A DNA stretch of 64,000 nucleotides from Octopus vulgaris (Eukaryota): contig OX597831.1 in NCBI GenBank assembly GCA_951406725.2, positions 12,152,001 through 12,216,000 of the forward strand, read 5' to 3'. The translations under genes were made by a program, and so were the position numbers. How positions within the stretch are numbered: position 1 is the first letter of the stretch; every line of letters starts with the position of its first letter. Of this stretch, positions 52,591 through 64,000 are shown piece after piece. The notes beneath the pieces were generated by a model. The model had not been told where the DNA came from, did no database searches, and saw only the letters and a program-made list of their open reading frames with translations.

Positions 52591-53045
52591 TTAACTCTTT
52601 TGTTACCATATTTCTGTTAAAAACGCTGTCTGCATTTTAATTGATTTTGAAAATAATGAAAAATTTATTAAAATAACTTTTATCAATATTAACCTGGTGT
52701 TTGCTTCATAAATTAATATGAAATTTGGATGGAAGGTTTTAATTCAGATCACTTTAAAAGCAGGAAGTTTGCATCATAGAATCAATGGGGGTGGTCTCAG
52801 GTGGGTTGGCATCTCAACCCTTTAACAGTCAGATTTCTCTGTCAAATGTAATGTTTATTTATTTGCATGGTTTTGAATTAATCATGCATTCAATCATAGC
52901 TTTGAGATTCGGATAATGTGATTGTGTATCTTTAGAATGACATTGTAGGGTAGGTATGAGAGGTTGGATCTTGTCTTTTTGAGTGTAAAATACGGTTAGG
53001 GTTATTTGGGCAGGATATGAACTGTTTAAAGGGATAAAGGGATAA
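52591..53045 (+). mobile_element. Two adjoining or nested TTAA-type MITEs (second family 52591-52813, family D 52814-53045)
   Basis: The ttaactcttttgttacc start matches the inverted copy at about 50375-50599. The family D body follows. Confidence 0.7.
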
Positions 53046-53141
53046 AGAGCTGGAAGAAAGTACTACAAAGTACATTTTCCAGCACTTTAAAGATCCAGCC
53101 AGCTTACCACTGGAATGATATTCTGCTCTACTACAAGCATG

Positions 53142-53555
53142 TCATCATCATCATCATTGTCGTCATTGTTTAATGTCTGTTGTCCGAGCTGGCATGGGTT
53201 GGACGGTTTGACTGAGGACTGGCAAATCAAGAGGCTGCGCCAGGCTCCAATCTGATCCAGCAAGGTTTCAACAGCTGGATGCCCTTCCTAATGCTAACCA
53301 CTCCGAGATTGTAGTGGGTGCATTTTATATACCACTGGCATGGGGGTCAGTCAGGTGGCACTGGCATTGACCACGTTTGAATGGTGCTTTTTACAAGCCA
53401 CCAGCACAGGAGCCAGTCAGGCAGCACTGGTATTGCCTACGCTCAAGGTACTGACCATGCTTGAATGGTATTTTTTACATGCCATTGACATGGGAGCCAG
53501 TCCGGTGACACTGGCATCGACCATGCTCAAATGGTGCCTTTTATGTGCCAGGCAC
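53142..53555 (-). mobile_element. Family A (RTE 3' end), older, about 3 modules
   Basis: (CAT)n, terminus and degenerate anchors. Confidence 0.8.
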
Positions 53556-53559
53556 GCTG

Positions 53560-54450
53560 TACACGTATGAAATTTTGGGGGTCGTGGGGGTAGTTGATAA
53601 TATGGACTCCAGTGTTTAACTGGTACTTATTTTATCAACTCCGAAAGGAAGAAAGGCAAAGTCAACCTTGGTGGGATTTGAACTAAGAAAGTAAAGCACT
53701 AAAAGAAATGCCTTTTTTCCAGCAATGCTAATAATTCTGCCAACCTGACATAATAATAATAACAATAACAATAATAATAATAATAATAACAATAATAATA
53801 ATAATGATAATAATAATAATAATAATAGTGGTGGTGGTTTCAAATTTTAGCACAAGACCAGCACAACTTCAGGAGAGAGATAAGTCAATTATGTTGATGC
53901 CAGTGGCCAACTAATACTTATTTTATTGGAACTCAGAACCTAGAGATGGATGAAATGCTGCTAAGCAGTTTGTCTGGTGTGGGAAAAATTCTGCTAGGTT
54001 GCTGCCTTAATAATAATGATAATCCTCTATAAGCACAGGACCTAAAGTTTTAGGGGAGTGGGGTCAAGTCAATGCTAGAGTGGTACTTATTTCATTGACC
54101 CTGAAAAGATGAAAGGCAAAGTCAACCTCAGTGGTATTTGAACTCAGAAAGGACAATCAGAAGGAATGGCTCTAAGCATTCTGGCCAGTGTGGTAACAAT
54201 ACTGCCAATTCACTGCTTTTTTAATAATAATAATCCTTTCTGTTGGAAGCACAAGGCCTCAAATTTGAGAGGAGCGGAGTAGACGATTACATCGACACCC
54301 CCAGTGCATAACTGGTACTTATTTAATTGACCCTGAAAGGATGAAAAGCATAGTCGACCTCAGTGGAATTTGAACTTAGAACATAAGGATAGACGAAATA
54401 TTGCTAAGTATTTCGTCCAGTGTGCTAACGATTCTGCCAGCTTGCCGCCT
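53560..54450 (-). mobile_element. Cluster of about 4 head-to-tail SINE family B copies separated by (AAT)n
   Basis: Repeated B core at about 53640, 53925, 54100 and 54335, all in one orientation. Confidence 0.85.
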
Positions 54451-54816
54451 TAATAATAATAATAATAATATGTTTGATGAGTGAAAGAGATGAGAGAAAG
54501 AGTGGAGGCTGCACTCGTGTGAATTTCAAGTGGAAATTTAATGAGATGTAACTAAATAGCAATAGACATTAGAGACAGCAGTGTATCATAGCTGCCATCC
54601 AATAAATCTCAATATGAAAAATTGACAAAGGTCTTCGGATCAGAATAAACTATGGTAAAACCAAACAATTTTGACTTCTCTGCTTTCTGTCATTTCCAAT
54701 AATATCGGCGATGTAGGTACATGTGTGTGTAATTATATGTGTGTGTGTGTATGTGCCTATTATATGTATGTATAGGTGTGTTGTGTATATATATGCTTGT
54801 GTGTTTGTGCGTGTGT

Positions 54817-55048
54817 AGGGCGGCGAGCCGGCAGTGTTGTTAGCATGTCGGACAAAATGCTTTGGGGTATTTTGTTCATCTTTACGTTCTGAGTTCAAAT
54901 TCCACCGAGGTCAACTTTGCCTTTCATCCTTTCAGGGTCAATGAAATAAATACCAGTTATGCACTGGGGTCGATGTAATTGACTTAATCCCTTTGTCTGT
55001 CCTTGTTTATCCCTTCTGTGGTTAGCTCCCTGTGTGCAATAAAGAAAT
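54817..55048 (+). mobile_element. SINE family B (alternative tail)
   Basis: TSD atatatgcttgtgtgt on both sides. The right copy runs into a long (TG)n. Confidence 0.85.
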
Positions 55049-55056
55049 ATATATGC

Positions 55057-55110
<54 letters not shown>

Positions 55111-56216
55111 ATGTGTGTGTGTGTGTGTGTATGTGGCTAGTTGGTGGAGTTATTAGAATGTCATATAACATGCATTGCAATATTCATTATGGCTCTCTGC
55201 TTTCTGGGTTCAAATCTGGCTGAAGTTAACTTTGCTTTCATCCTCTTGGGGATTAATAAATAAAATACCCATGCTGATAAGTAAACACTGCATGGATATT
55301 AGCACAGGATGCATATGGAGGAGTATTACAGCTGTACAAAATGCTGAGCATTCAAACAAGATGAAAGGTGCATAGAAAAGGAAAAAATTTAAACCATGGG
55401 ACTAAGAGGTTAAGGGTAAGGTTAGGGCAAGGGTTGATCTGAAGATACTGAGCCTCAAGAAAGAGATGACCAATGACTGTGACAACTGGTGGCCGCAGAA
55501 GACCTGCTGACCCATGTAAGTGTAGTAAATTGAACTTTAAAATGGATGGTTCTGATGGAGGCCAGGATATGGGGTATACATCTACATTTGGGTCTGTCAC
55601 CAATTGCATTCCTATCAAGTTTCCATCTTCAGTCTCCCCCAATACTTTGATTTGTTCTTATTTATTTCAACACAACTCCCACTGACTCCTTCCTAGTCAT
55701 TCTAACACACTGCCGATCTAATAAGAAATGGCATTGGACATGCTAGCCTTTAATTTCCTACTGATTAAAACCATTATTACTATCCACCTTCTCTCTCTCT
55801 CTCTCTCTCTCTCCCATCATGATGCCTGTATATTGAGGGATCGCATCATCTCTCTTAATTATTTAATACACTCCATTCATCACCCTTCTGGACTGGTTGC
55901 CATCATTTCCTCTCTTTTCAGCCCCGTTCATCTTCCACCAACACCTCTTTTCTATTCCCTCCTCTTGGTGAAATTAGCCCTGAGTGAACAGAGAAAACGC
56001 AGAGCAGTGACAACACTTTAATTTCTGTTGGGTGCATGGCAATCTCATTGGTAATGATGATGTATGTGTGTGTGCGTGCATGCATAAATATCAATATATG
56101 TGTGTATATATATATTTATCATATAGATATACACATATACTCACACACAGACAGGCACACAAACACTCACATACAAATTTCAAGCTATAAAACATTTAAA
56201 ATATGTGGGTGTACAT

Positions 56217-56261
<45 letters not shown>

Positions 56262-57793
56262 TTCAAGCTATAAAACGATTAAGATAAATTACAATTATTA
56301 ACTCTAACACAATTTTAAATCAATTTTATATTAACCTAATAATTCTTAAATGATAACTATTTTGAATAATTGATATATGAAAATATATTTATCTTTATTA
56401 AATCACATTTATTTATAAATTTATAGAAAGGAATTGTCTTTTAAATCACAGACTCTCTCCTATTTCCATAACAACTTGTTCGAAAAGTTAGGCTGACAGA
56501 TGCTTAGAACATCAGTGTTTGCATCTAGATATGTGCAGTATAGGAACTGTGGAGCTTTTGGGTAACATAAATATTTTAGCAGTAAATTACAGTTGTATAT
56601 AAACAAATTTCATTTATTCCACCAGGGAGTGTTAAATAACAGTAATAGCTTTTAAACGTAACTTACCAACAGCCCAAATAAATGAATAAAATAAATACAT
56701 GAAAAAGACTCCTAAAAAACTATAGATATAATCCAACACAGTTTTGAGCAATAATACCCCCCCACACACACACACTCCAACCAGAATATGTTAATATTTC
56801 TGCTAGCAATGGGTAAAGAAAATGTAATTACACATCTATAATTTTGGAAATGTGTTGCTGCTCTAAAGTAGGTAGGAGTTTATTGAACAAGAATTGTAGC
56901 AAATTATTGGCATCAGGGAAATGGTATCTTTAAATTGGTCACCAAAGAAAATGAAATGATTTGTTTCCATAATATTATATTTATCAGCCTAATCCTTTGA
57001 GATAGAAAATTATTTTTTAATGAATTTACACCTAAACTACAAAATGGTTTGGCTGGTTTCACCTGTCTCATTTTCAGTTTTGTACATCAGTACCAGGCTG
57101 AGTTTGGCAAAAGAGCATTTAGTTTTAAACCAAGAATATTGGTTGGCCCCTTTTTAGCCATAAGTGGATGGTATGGCAGAAAAGGCTACTCTACTGTGCC
57201 TGGGCTGTTTCCAGAACCAAGTACACTTACCACCTTTCCACTCACAGATACACCACAAAGGAAAGTGTGTTGCATTCACGGAACCACAGAAGATGCCAGA
57301 TATTGGTTAAATATATACACATCAGCCTTAGGGTGCCTACCTCTGGATTTTCTGAGCGATTTTACTTCCTTAGCTTTTGTTAAACATTCAGTACATTGCT
57401 CCTCAAGGCAGCAGGAGTTTATTATTATAGAGGACATGGTTTATATAGGGTTACTCTGGCTCTCTCACCCTTCAAACTTATATTGGTCTGGTGCAATGAG
57501 TGTCAGAAGACCTGTTGTTATCAAGATGCAGGGTTTGTATGGAATTACCTCCTCTTAGATGAACAGCTGAAGAGCTGAAATGCCACACTTGCCTTGGGTC
57601 TGTTGAGGTGTTTGTGAGTGACCTTCTACCACAGACAATTCCATGACATGCTAATTAACCTATTATTGGGACTCTAACAGATGCTACTATTCTGGGTCAA
57701 AGTAGACCGAGGAACAACTGTGGCTTAAGGGATGGTTCCACACTCTTCAAAGCCCTGGAGTTTCCAAACCAATACCTCACAACTGGATGCAGT

Positions 57794-58016
57794 TTAACCT
57801 TTTAGCATTCAGATTACTCTGTCAAATGCAGTCTTATACAAATTATTTTGAATTAATCATGCATTGTCTTGTGGCATTCAAATTTTGATGTTGTGATTGT
57901 TTATTCTCAGAATGACATTGCAGGGTAGGTGTGACATGACAGATCTGACCAGTTTGAAAATAAAACAGGTAGAATATTATGGCTGGTTATGGCCAGTTTA
58001 AGTGCTGAAGGGTTAA
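57794..58016 (+). mobile_element. TTAA piggyBac-type MITE (family D)
   Basis: ttaaccttttagcatt...agtgctgaagggttaa. Confidence 0.85.
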
Positions 58017-59793
58017 AGTCATATCAGAAAAGTAAGGATAATAATATTCTTATCCACAAGGCTGTTGATGTTAGCTACAAGTGTGATCAGAATACAATGT
58101 TCTCTAAAAATGAAGAAAATAATAAAACAAAACAAAATTATCTTATTGATAACTCATCTCACACATTTAAACAGATTTTCTGTTAATTTGTTTTTCTTTT
58201 TTATTTTGCCTCTGAATTTTTGTTTTCTAATATGCTAATTACTTTTGAATCATTTCTACCTTTAAAGAAGAATCAAAGACTTGAAAACCACAAATCTTGT
58301 TTTAATCCAAAGATTTCGTATTATATAAGCAAAGCGTAAAATTTATTTTATAAAGAAACAAAATGGGTAAACAGTTAAATTCAGATGCAACCAAGTTTAT
58401 GTGAAGTAATTTCAAACTTTGATGTTTAGCTACGGATGGTCTAACGTTTGATATTAGCATGGAAAACTGGTCATGCCAGCTTGTCCACTTCATGCCTTCA
58501 TGGAGAAAAGAAGCTATTCTTTTTATGAGAATAACAGTTTGAATTTCATTTTCTCTCCTTAAAGTAGTTCAATATATTTTCCCCATAGAGAGTGAATTTG
58601 TTAATGTTCTGCTTTAGCAAGATAAATCTAAACAGTTTGTAAATGTTAATTGCTACTCAACTGATTTTGTAGCTATTGTTGTTACCAAATTGATTTTTAC
58701 TTTACAAAACGTGTTATGGTCTCTCATTGATATCCTTTAGTGAATATTATAGTTTTGGCTACTAAAGAAGCATGAGTGCCTGATGTTTAAGCAAGATTGC
58801 ATAAAACCCCATTACAATTACTCATGTGTATATTAATGAATCAGCACAAGGTCCAGTCCTTGCTGCAGTGTGATGGCTTGTGGGCCTCAATGACCCCAAG
58901 AGCTGTGCCAGTGCAGTGCAAGTTCCTGGTAGGGGCCTCTCATGCTGGACAGGACAAAGGATAGAGACCAGACAAATGTGGGTCATCTCTTCCCAGAGGT
59001 AAAAAATAGGTTTGTGTAGGACTTACAGCTTTTCGAACCAAGAAAAAAGCAAAGTTACTGAAGTGTTGAAGAAAATTCAAAACCAAGAAAACGTGGGAGA
59101 AGAAGGCCTTAAGACAGCCCACAACTGAGTACAGTGGAGGGGAGTCATTGATGGTCTATGCTTCACAAAGGGCGAAGGGCTTAAGTGATGTAAGTAATAT
59201 GTCAATGAAGGAAGCCTCTACATAATCATTCAGTCTGCTAGAAGTAGCTGACAAATCTCCCACAAATTACACTCTGTCGTCTTAAAAAAGACTAATTCAT
59301 TGCCAGGAGAAAAATATGGGACAATAATAGTTAGGGTTAGGGTTGACATCGTCCTCACTGTTTCTATGTCCACTTTCCCTGCTTGTAGGAGTTAGACAGA
59401 ATTCATTGAGGCAGATTGCTTTCCGTCAGATGTTCTTCTTGTTGGTCATCTCACATCTGTTTCTAACCAAGGTAATGATGATACGTCTGCTTGATTAGAG
59501 TAGACCAAGGGCTAAACAGCTTTGACTTTCTCATAAAATTAAATTTACTTGCTTCATGAATGAGGGAACTCAAATGTTCATTTAGCCATAAGGAATAAAT
59601 AACTGGGGAACATTTGGAAACATATGAAAATTATTTATTTACTATGAATTCAAGAATCAAAAAATCAAATTATATTAAATCAAAAGATGTATTAATATGA
59701 AGATTTTGGGGATTAGCCATAACTGGATGATGGCTGAAAAGCTCAGTTTGTAACCAAAACCAAAATTCCAGTTTCAATTTCAGTGAACAGCTA

Positions 59794-60099
59794 CATCATC
59801 ATCATCATCATCATCATCGTTTAGCGTCCGTTTTCCATGCTAGCATGGGTTGGACGGTTCTACTGGGGTCTGTGAAGCCAGAAGGCTTCATCAGGCCCAG
59901 TCAAATCTGGCAGTGTTTCTACGGCTGGATGCCCTTCCTAATGCCAACCACTCCGTGAGTGTAGTGGGTGCTTTTACGTGCCACCTGCACAGGTGCCAGA
60001 CAGAGCTGGCAAACGGCCACGAACGGATGGTGCTTTTTATGTGCCACCGGCACGAGGGCCAGGCGAGGCTGGCAACGGACACGAACGGATGGTGCTTTT
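59794..60099 (-). mobile_element. Family A (RTE 3' end), young subfamily, 2 modules
   Basis: Reverse-complement match to 18768-19075 and 29360-29659. Confidence 0.88.
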
Positions 60100-61383
60100 G
60101 TCTTGAGTTGTCCAATATTTTATGAGTGGAACATGGTAGATGGAAATTGTGTAGAAGCCCAGCATGTGTGTGTGTGTGTGTGTGTGTGTGTAAACTGGTT
60201 GATTGAATGATGTTGATTTATACCAAAAATGGTAAAAACCTGGACATCGTTAATTAGAGATCAATAAAATAAGCACCAGACCGAAATAACAAGTGCTTGA
60301 TGTAATCATCTAACACCATCTAGGGTTGTGGTGCTCCAGTATGGCTGTGCTATAATGACAGAAACCAATAAAACTATAAAAAGATAAGCATAAGAAAATA
60401 AATTACTTTTATTACTGATAAACCCTCTCCCTAAAGTTGTAATAAGGTTATTTTATATAATTTAGCAAACTCTATAGAATGTTTTAAACAGTTTACGATC
60501 TGACAATATTATTCCTATTTAATAACGAATGTTATTTTATTGTTCATTTATGATCTGACAATATTGAGATTATCAAAAGAAATTGAGATTATCAAGAGAA
60601 ATAATTCTTCAAAGTTAATGTGATTATTTTATTATCTATTTATGATCTGATATTGGGATTCATCATCGTTGTCATCATCATAATCATTGTCATCATCCTC
60701 ACTGTCTCTGTCTACTTTTCCCTGCTTGTAAGAGTTAGACAGAATTCATTGAGGCAGATTGCTCTCAGTCGGATGTTTTTCCTGTTGGTCATCCCACATC
60801 TGTTTCTAACCAGGGTAATATTTCCCTGGGGTCAGATATATTTACACAAAAGGCTGGAAATGGTGAATGCCTTTTGAACAACGGTGAAGTTTTCTTACAA
60901 TTATTATGTGATGTGAAGATAAGGAGACACAAACACACTCACGCACCTATGCATATATACACACACACACACATGATGGGCTTCTTTCTGTTTCCATGTA
61001 CTAAATCCACTTACAAAGCTTTTATTGGTTCTGGACTATAGAAGAAGACACTTGTACAAGGTGCCTCATAGTAGATCTGAACCCAAAACCATGTGTTTCA
61101 CAAGCAAACCTCTTAACCATTCGGCCATTCCAACAGGAATAGTTTTTCCTATTTTTTTATCTTTTATTTTTTTCAGTCATCAAACTGCGGCCAAGCTGGG
61201 GCACTGCCTTCAATCACTTGAGTCGAATGACTCAACCACAGCATATTTTTCTCTTTTTTGTAAAGCCTGCTACTTATTCTATCAGTCTCTTTTATTGAAC
61301 TGCTAAGTTATGGGGATGTAAACACACCAATACTGGTTGTCAAGCAGTGGTGGGGAACAAAAACAGACACGCACAACCACACA

Positions 61384-61445
<62 letters not shown>

Positions 61446-62281
61446 GGGCTTCTTTCAGTTTCTGTCAGCCAAAATCCGCTCAAAAGGCTTTGGTTGGCTG
61501 AAGACTATAGTAGATGATACTCGCCCAAGATTCCATGCAGAGGGCCTGAACACAGGACCATGTGGTCTGGAAGTAGGCTTCTTAGCATACAGCCATGCCT
61601 ACACCTAGTTAATATGATTGTTATTATTGTTCCATCAAGAGAAATGGTTTATTATATATTGTTGCCTGTTCAAAATGATATTTGAGTTTGACAAACATTA
61701 AGAAGACTAACAATAAGAAGTAAGTCCCTGCTTGAAGGGGGCCAAGACACCACAAAACTTGATTTTAAAATGACTTAACAAATCCTCTGTGGTGCTGCTG
61801 TTAGGCTAGATATGGCCTGGGCTGTGCTTTGGACTAAACATATCTAAGTTTGGGTATATAATTCATCATGAAACCATACAAGTAGTATTTCTCTTATGTT
61901 TGTACTGGTTTTTAGTCGTTTATAAGAAAGCCAGTGGTTTATCTGGTTCTTAACTTTATTGAACTCATGAGGGATGAAACTCAGAGGGGACAAAATACAA
62001 ATTATATTTGTTACATGAATCAGAGTTTTCTGTCACACACTGCTGGATACTCCTCCACACTCACCCCCACCCACACATTCAATAGGCTTTTGCACTGTGA
62101 CTGGCGACTGAATTTCACCTTCCAAACTTCAATTTACCTGAAGCTACAGTTGAAGATACTTGCTCAAGGATTTGTGCAGTGGAGTTTAAACCAGGAACCA
62201 AATGGTTGCAAAGGAAAATCCTTAACCACATGGCGATGTCTGCATGGAATCACACCACATGGAATATATCCTGTCTCAGAA

Positions 62282-62642
62282 GGCAGCGAGCTGGCAGAAT
62301 TGTTAGCACGCCAGGTGAAATGCGTAGCCGTATTTCACCTGCCGTTATGTTCTGAGTTCAAATTCTGCCGAGGTCAACTTTGCCTTTCATCCTTTCGGAG
62401 TCGATTAAATAAGTACCAGAACTATCAAAAATGTTAGCACGCCGGGTGAAATACTTAGTGGTACTTCGCCTGCCGTTATGTTCTGAGTTCAAATTCCGCC
62501 AAAGTCAACTTTGCCTTTCATCGTTTCAGGGTCGATTAAATAAGTACCAGTTACGCACTGGGGTTGATGTAATCGACTTAATCCCTTTGTCTGTCTTTGT
62601 CTGTCCCCTCTGTGTTTAAACCCTTGTGGGCAGTAAAGAAAT
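62282..62642 (+). mobile_element. SINE family B with duplicated head and core
   Basis: Two tandem gttagcacgcc...gagttcaaatt...taagtaccag units, with an 18-bp TSD atatatcctgtctcagaa at 62264-62281 and 62643-62660. Confidence 0.9.
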
Positions 62643-64000
62643 ATATATCCTGTCTCAGAATTAGATATAGCCTTTAATTCTTCCCCTGTACATTGTACAA
62701 TGGCACAGAACAATTGAACAGAAATAATCAGATCTGATAGTAATTGAATTGTAGCAATATGTTTACGTCTGCCTGACAACATATTTAAAGCTGAGAGAAA
62801 ATAAGTTTAAATTTAGATTAAGAGAAAAACAATGGTACGTTAAAACATTTTGTTACTATAGTAATTAATCATTTATGAAATTCATTTAATCTACGTAAAC
62901 AAATGATATAAACAGTTAATTTATGTAGTGTATATATTTTAAAGCTTTGATGAGATTCTCAACTGTACATTTGGAACTATCCAAAACAGAATGGCTGTTC
63001 CTAAAACTGGGCTGTTTGTATAATACATGGTTCAATATTGTGTTTGTGAAATGATGCAATAGGTACCTAGACTAATTATCCAGAATGTACCCATTTATTA
63101 GGTATCATTAAGTACAGGCTGAGTGGTTGTGAAGCTTGCTTCCCAATCATGAGGTCTTGAGTTCAGTTCCACAGCATGACACCTTGAGGAAGTGTCTTCT
63201 ACTACAGCCTTAGGTTGACCAAAGCTTTGTGAAATGGAAACTGAAAAAAGCTTATAATCTATGTATAATGTGTGTGTCTTTATCCTCCTTTGACATCAGG
63301 TGATGATTGTAAATGAGCATCACCTTCATACAAGTGATGTTGTTTGGTGACATAGACACACCACCACTGGTTATCAAGAGATGCCAGGGGACAAACATAT
63401 GTATATACACATATATAAAACGGGCTTCTTTCAGTTTCCATCAACCAAATCTACTCACAAAGTCTTTAGTCAACCTGTTGCTATATTAGAAAACAATTGC
63501 CCAAGGTGTCAAGCAGTGGAACTGAACCTGGAACCACGTAGTTGGCAAGCAAGCTTCTCAACACATAGCCACACCTGTGCCTTCACACACATACATATGC
63601 AAACACACTTAGTATTAAGAGCCTTTTTCTCCTTTTCGTTTTCCCCTGTTCTTTTTATGTCTTGCAAGCTACATGGCAACCTCACTAGTGCTGGTGGTGT
63701 GTAAAAAGCACCCAGTACACACTCTTATGTGGTTGGCTTAAAGGAAAAGCTTCCAACCATAGAAACCATGCTAAAGCTGACACTGCTTGCTGTATTCTGT
63801 CAAACCATCCAAGCCATACCAGCATTGAAAATAGATGTTAACTCATGATGAAGATGACGATGATACTGACAATAAAATAACGAGCTAAGAGAATCAAGCT
63901 AGAGTGGTCAGTGACATAAGTATGAACAACAAAGGAAAGGAAGATAGTGTAAATATACAAAATTAATTCTATATTTATTGAAACTATTTTTACTCTGGGA

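Noticed and set aside
57049-57558. 169-aa ORF
   Set aside because: TTG start, no recognisable domain or splice signals, and adjacent to decayed repeats.
59330-59345. Interstitial telomere repeat (TTAGGG)2, also near 55420
   Set aside because: Too short to distinguish from chance.

Overview
AT-rich, microsatellite-dense animal genomic DNA. The repeat landscape looks like an Octopus (coleoid cephalopod) genome; this is inferred from recalled repeat families, not from a search. The window lies inside one minus-strand gene, a type IV diacylglycerol kinase (DGK zeta/iota, Drosophila rdgA-like). Six GT-AG exons (52261-52191, 45369-45221, 43717-43662, 42235-42173, 27009-26936, 22655-22547) splice in frame to 174 codons spanning the end of the catalytic domain and most of the accessory domain. 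I could not find the neighbouring exons, so they probably lie outside the window. The introns hold RTE-LINE 3' ends with (GAT)n tails, at least two tRNA-derived SINE families, TTAA piggyBac-type MITEs, two decayed Tc1/mariner elements and Penelope-like element (PLE) end fragments. Most notable: (i) four minimal type-I hammerhead-ribozyme-like motifs within 10 kb, one with an intact core on the DGK sense strand and others with non-canonical cores; (ii) a near-perfect 220-bp-arm palindrome whose DGK-sense arm lacks the ribozyme-like core; (iii) a modular hairpin VNTR in the RTE 3' UTR, with 0 to about 42 modules per copy and a CRISPR-like look. Most long ORFs in the track are repeat artefacts.
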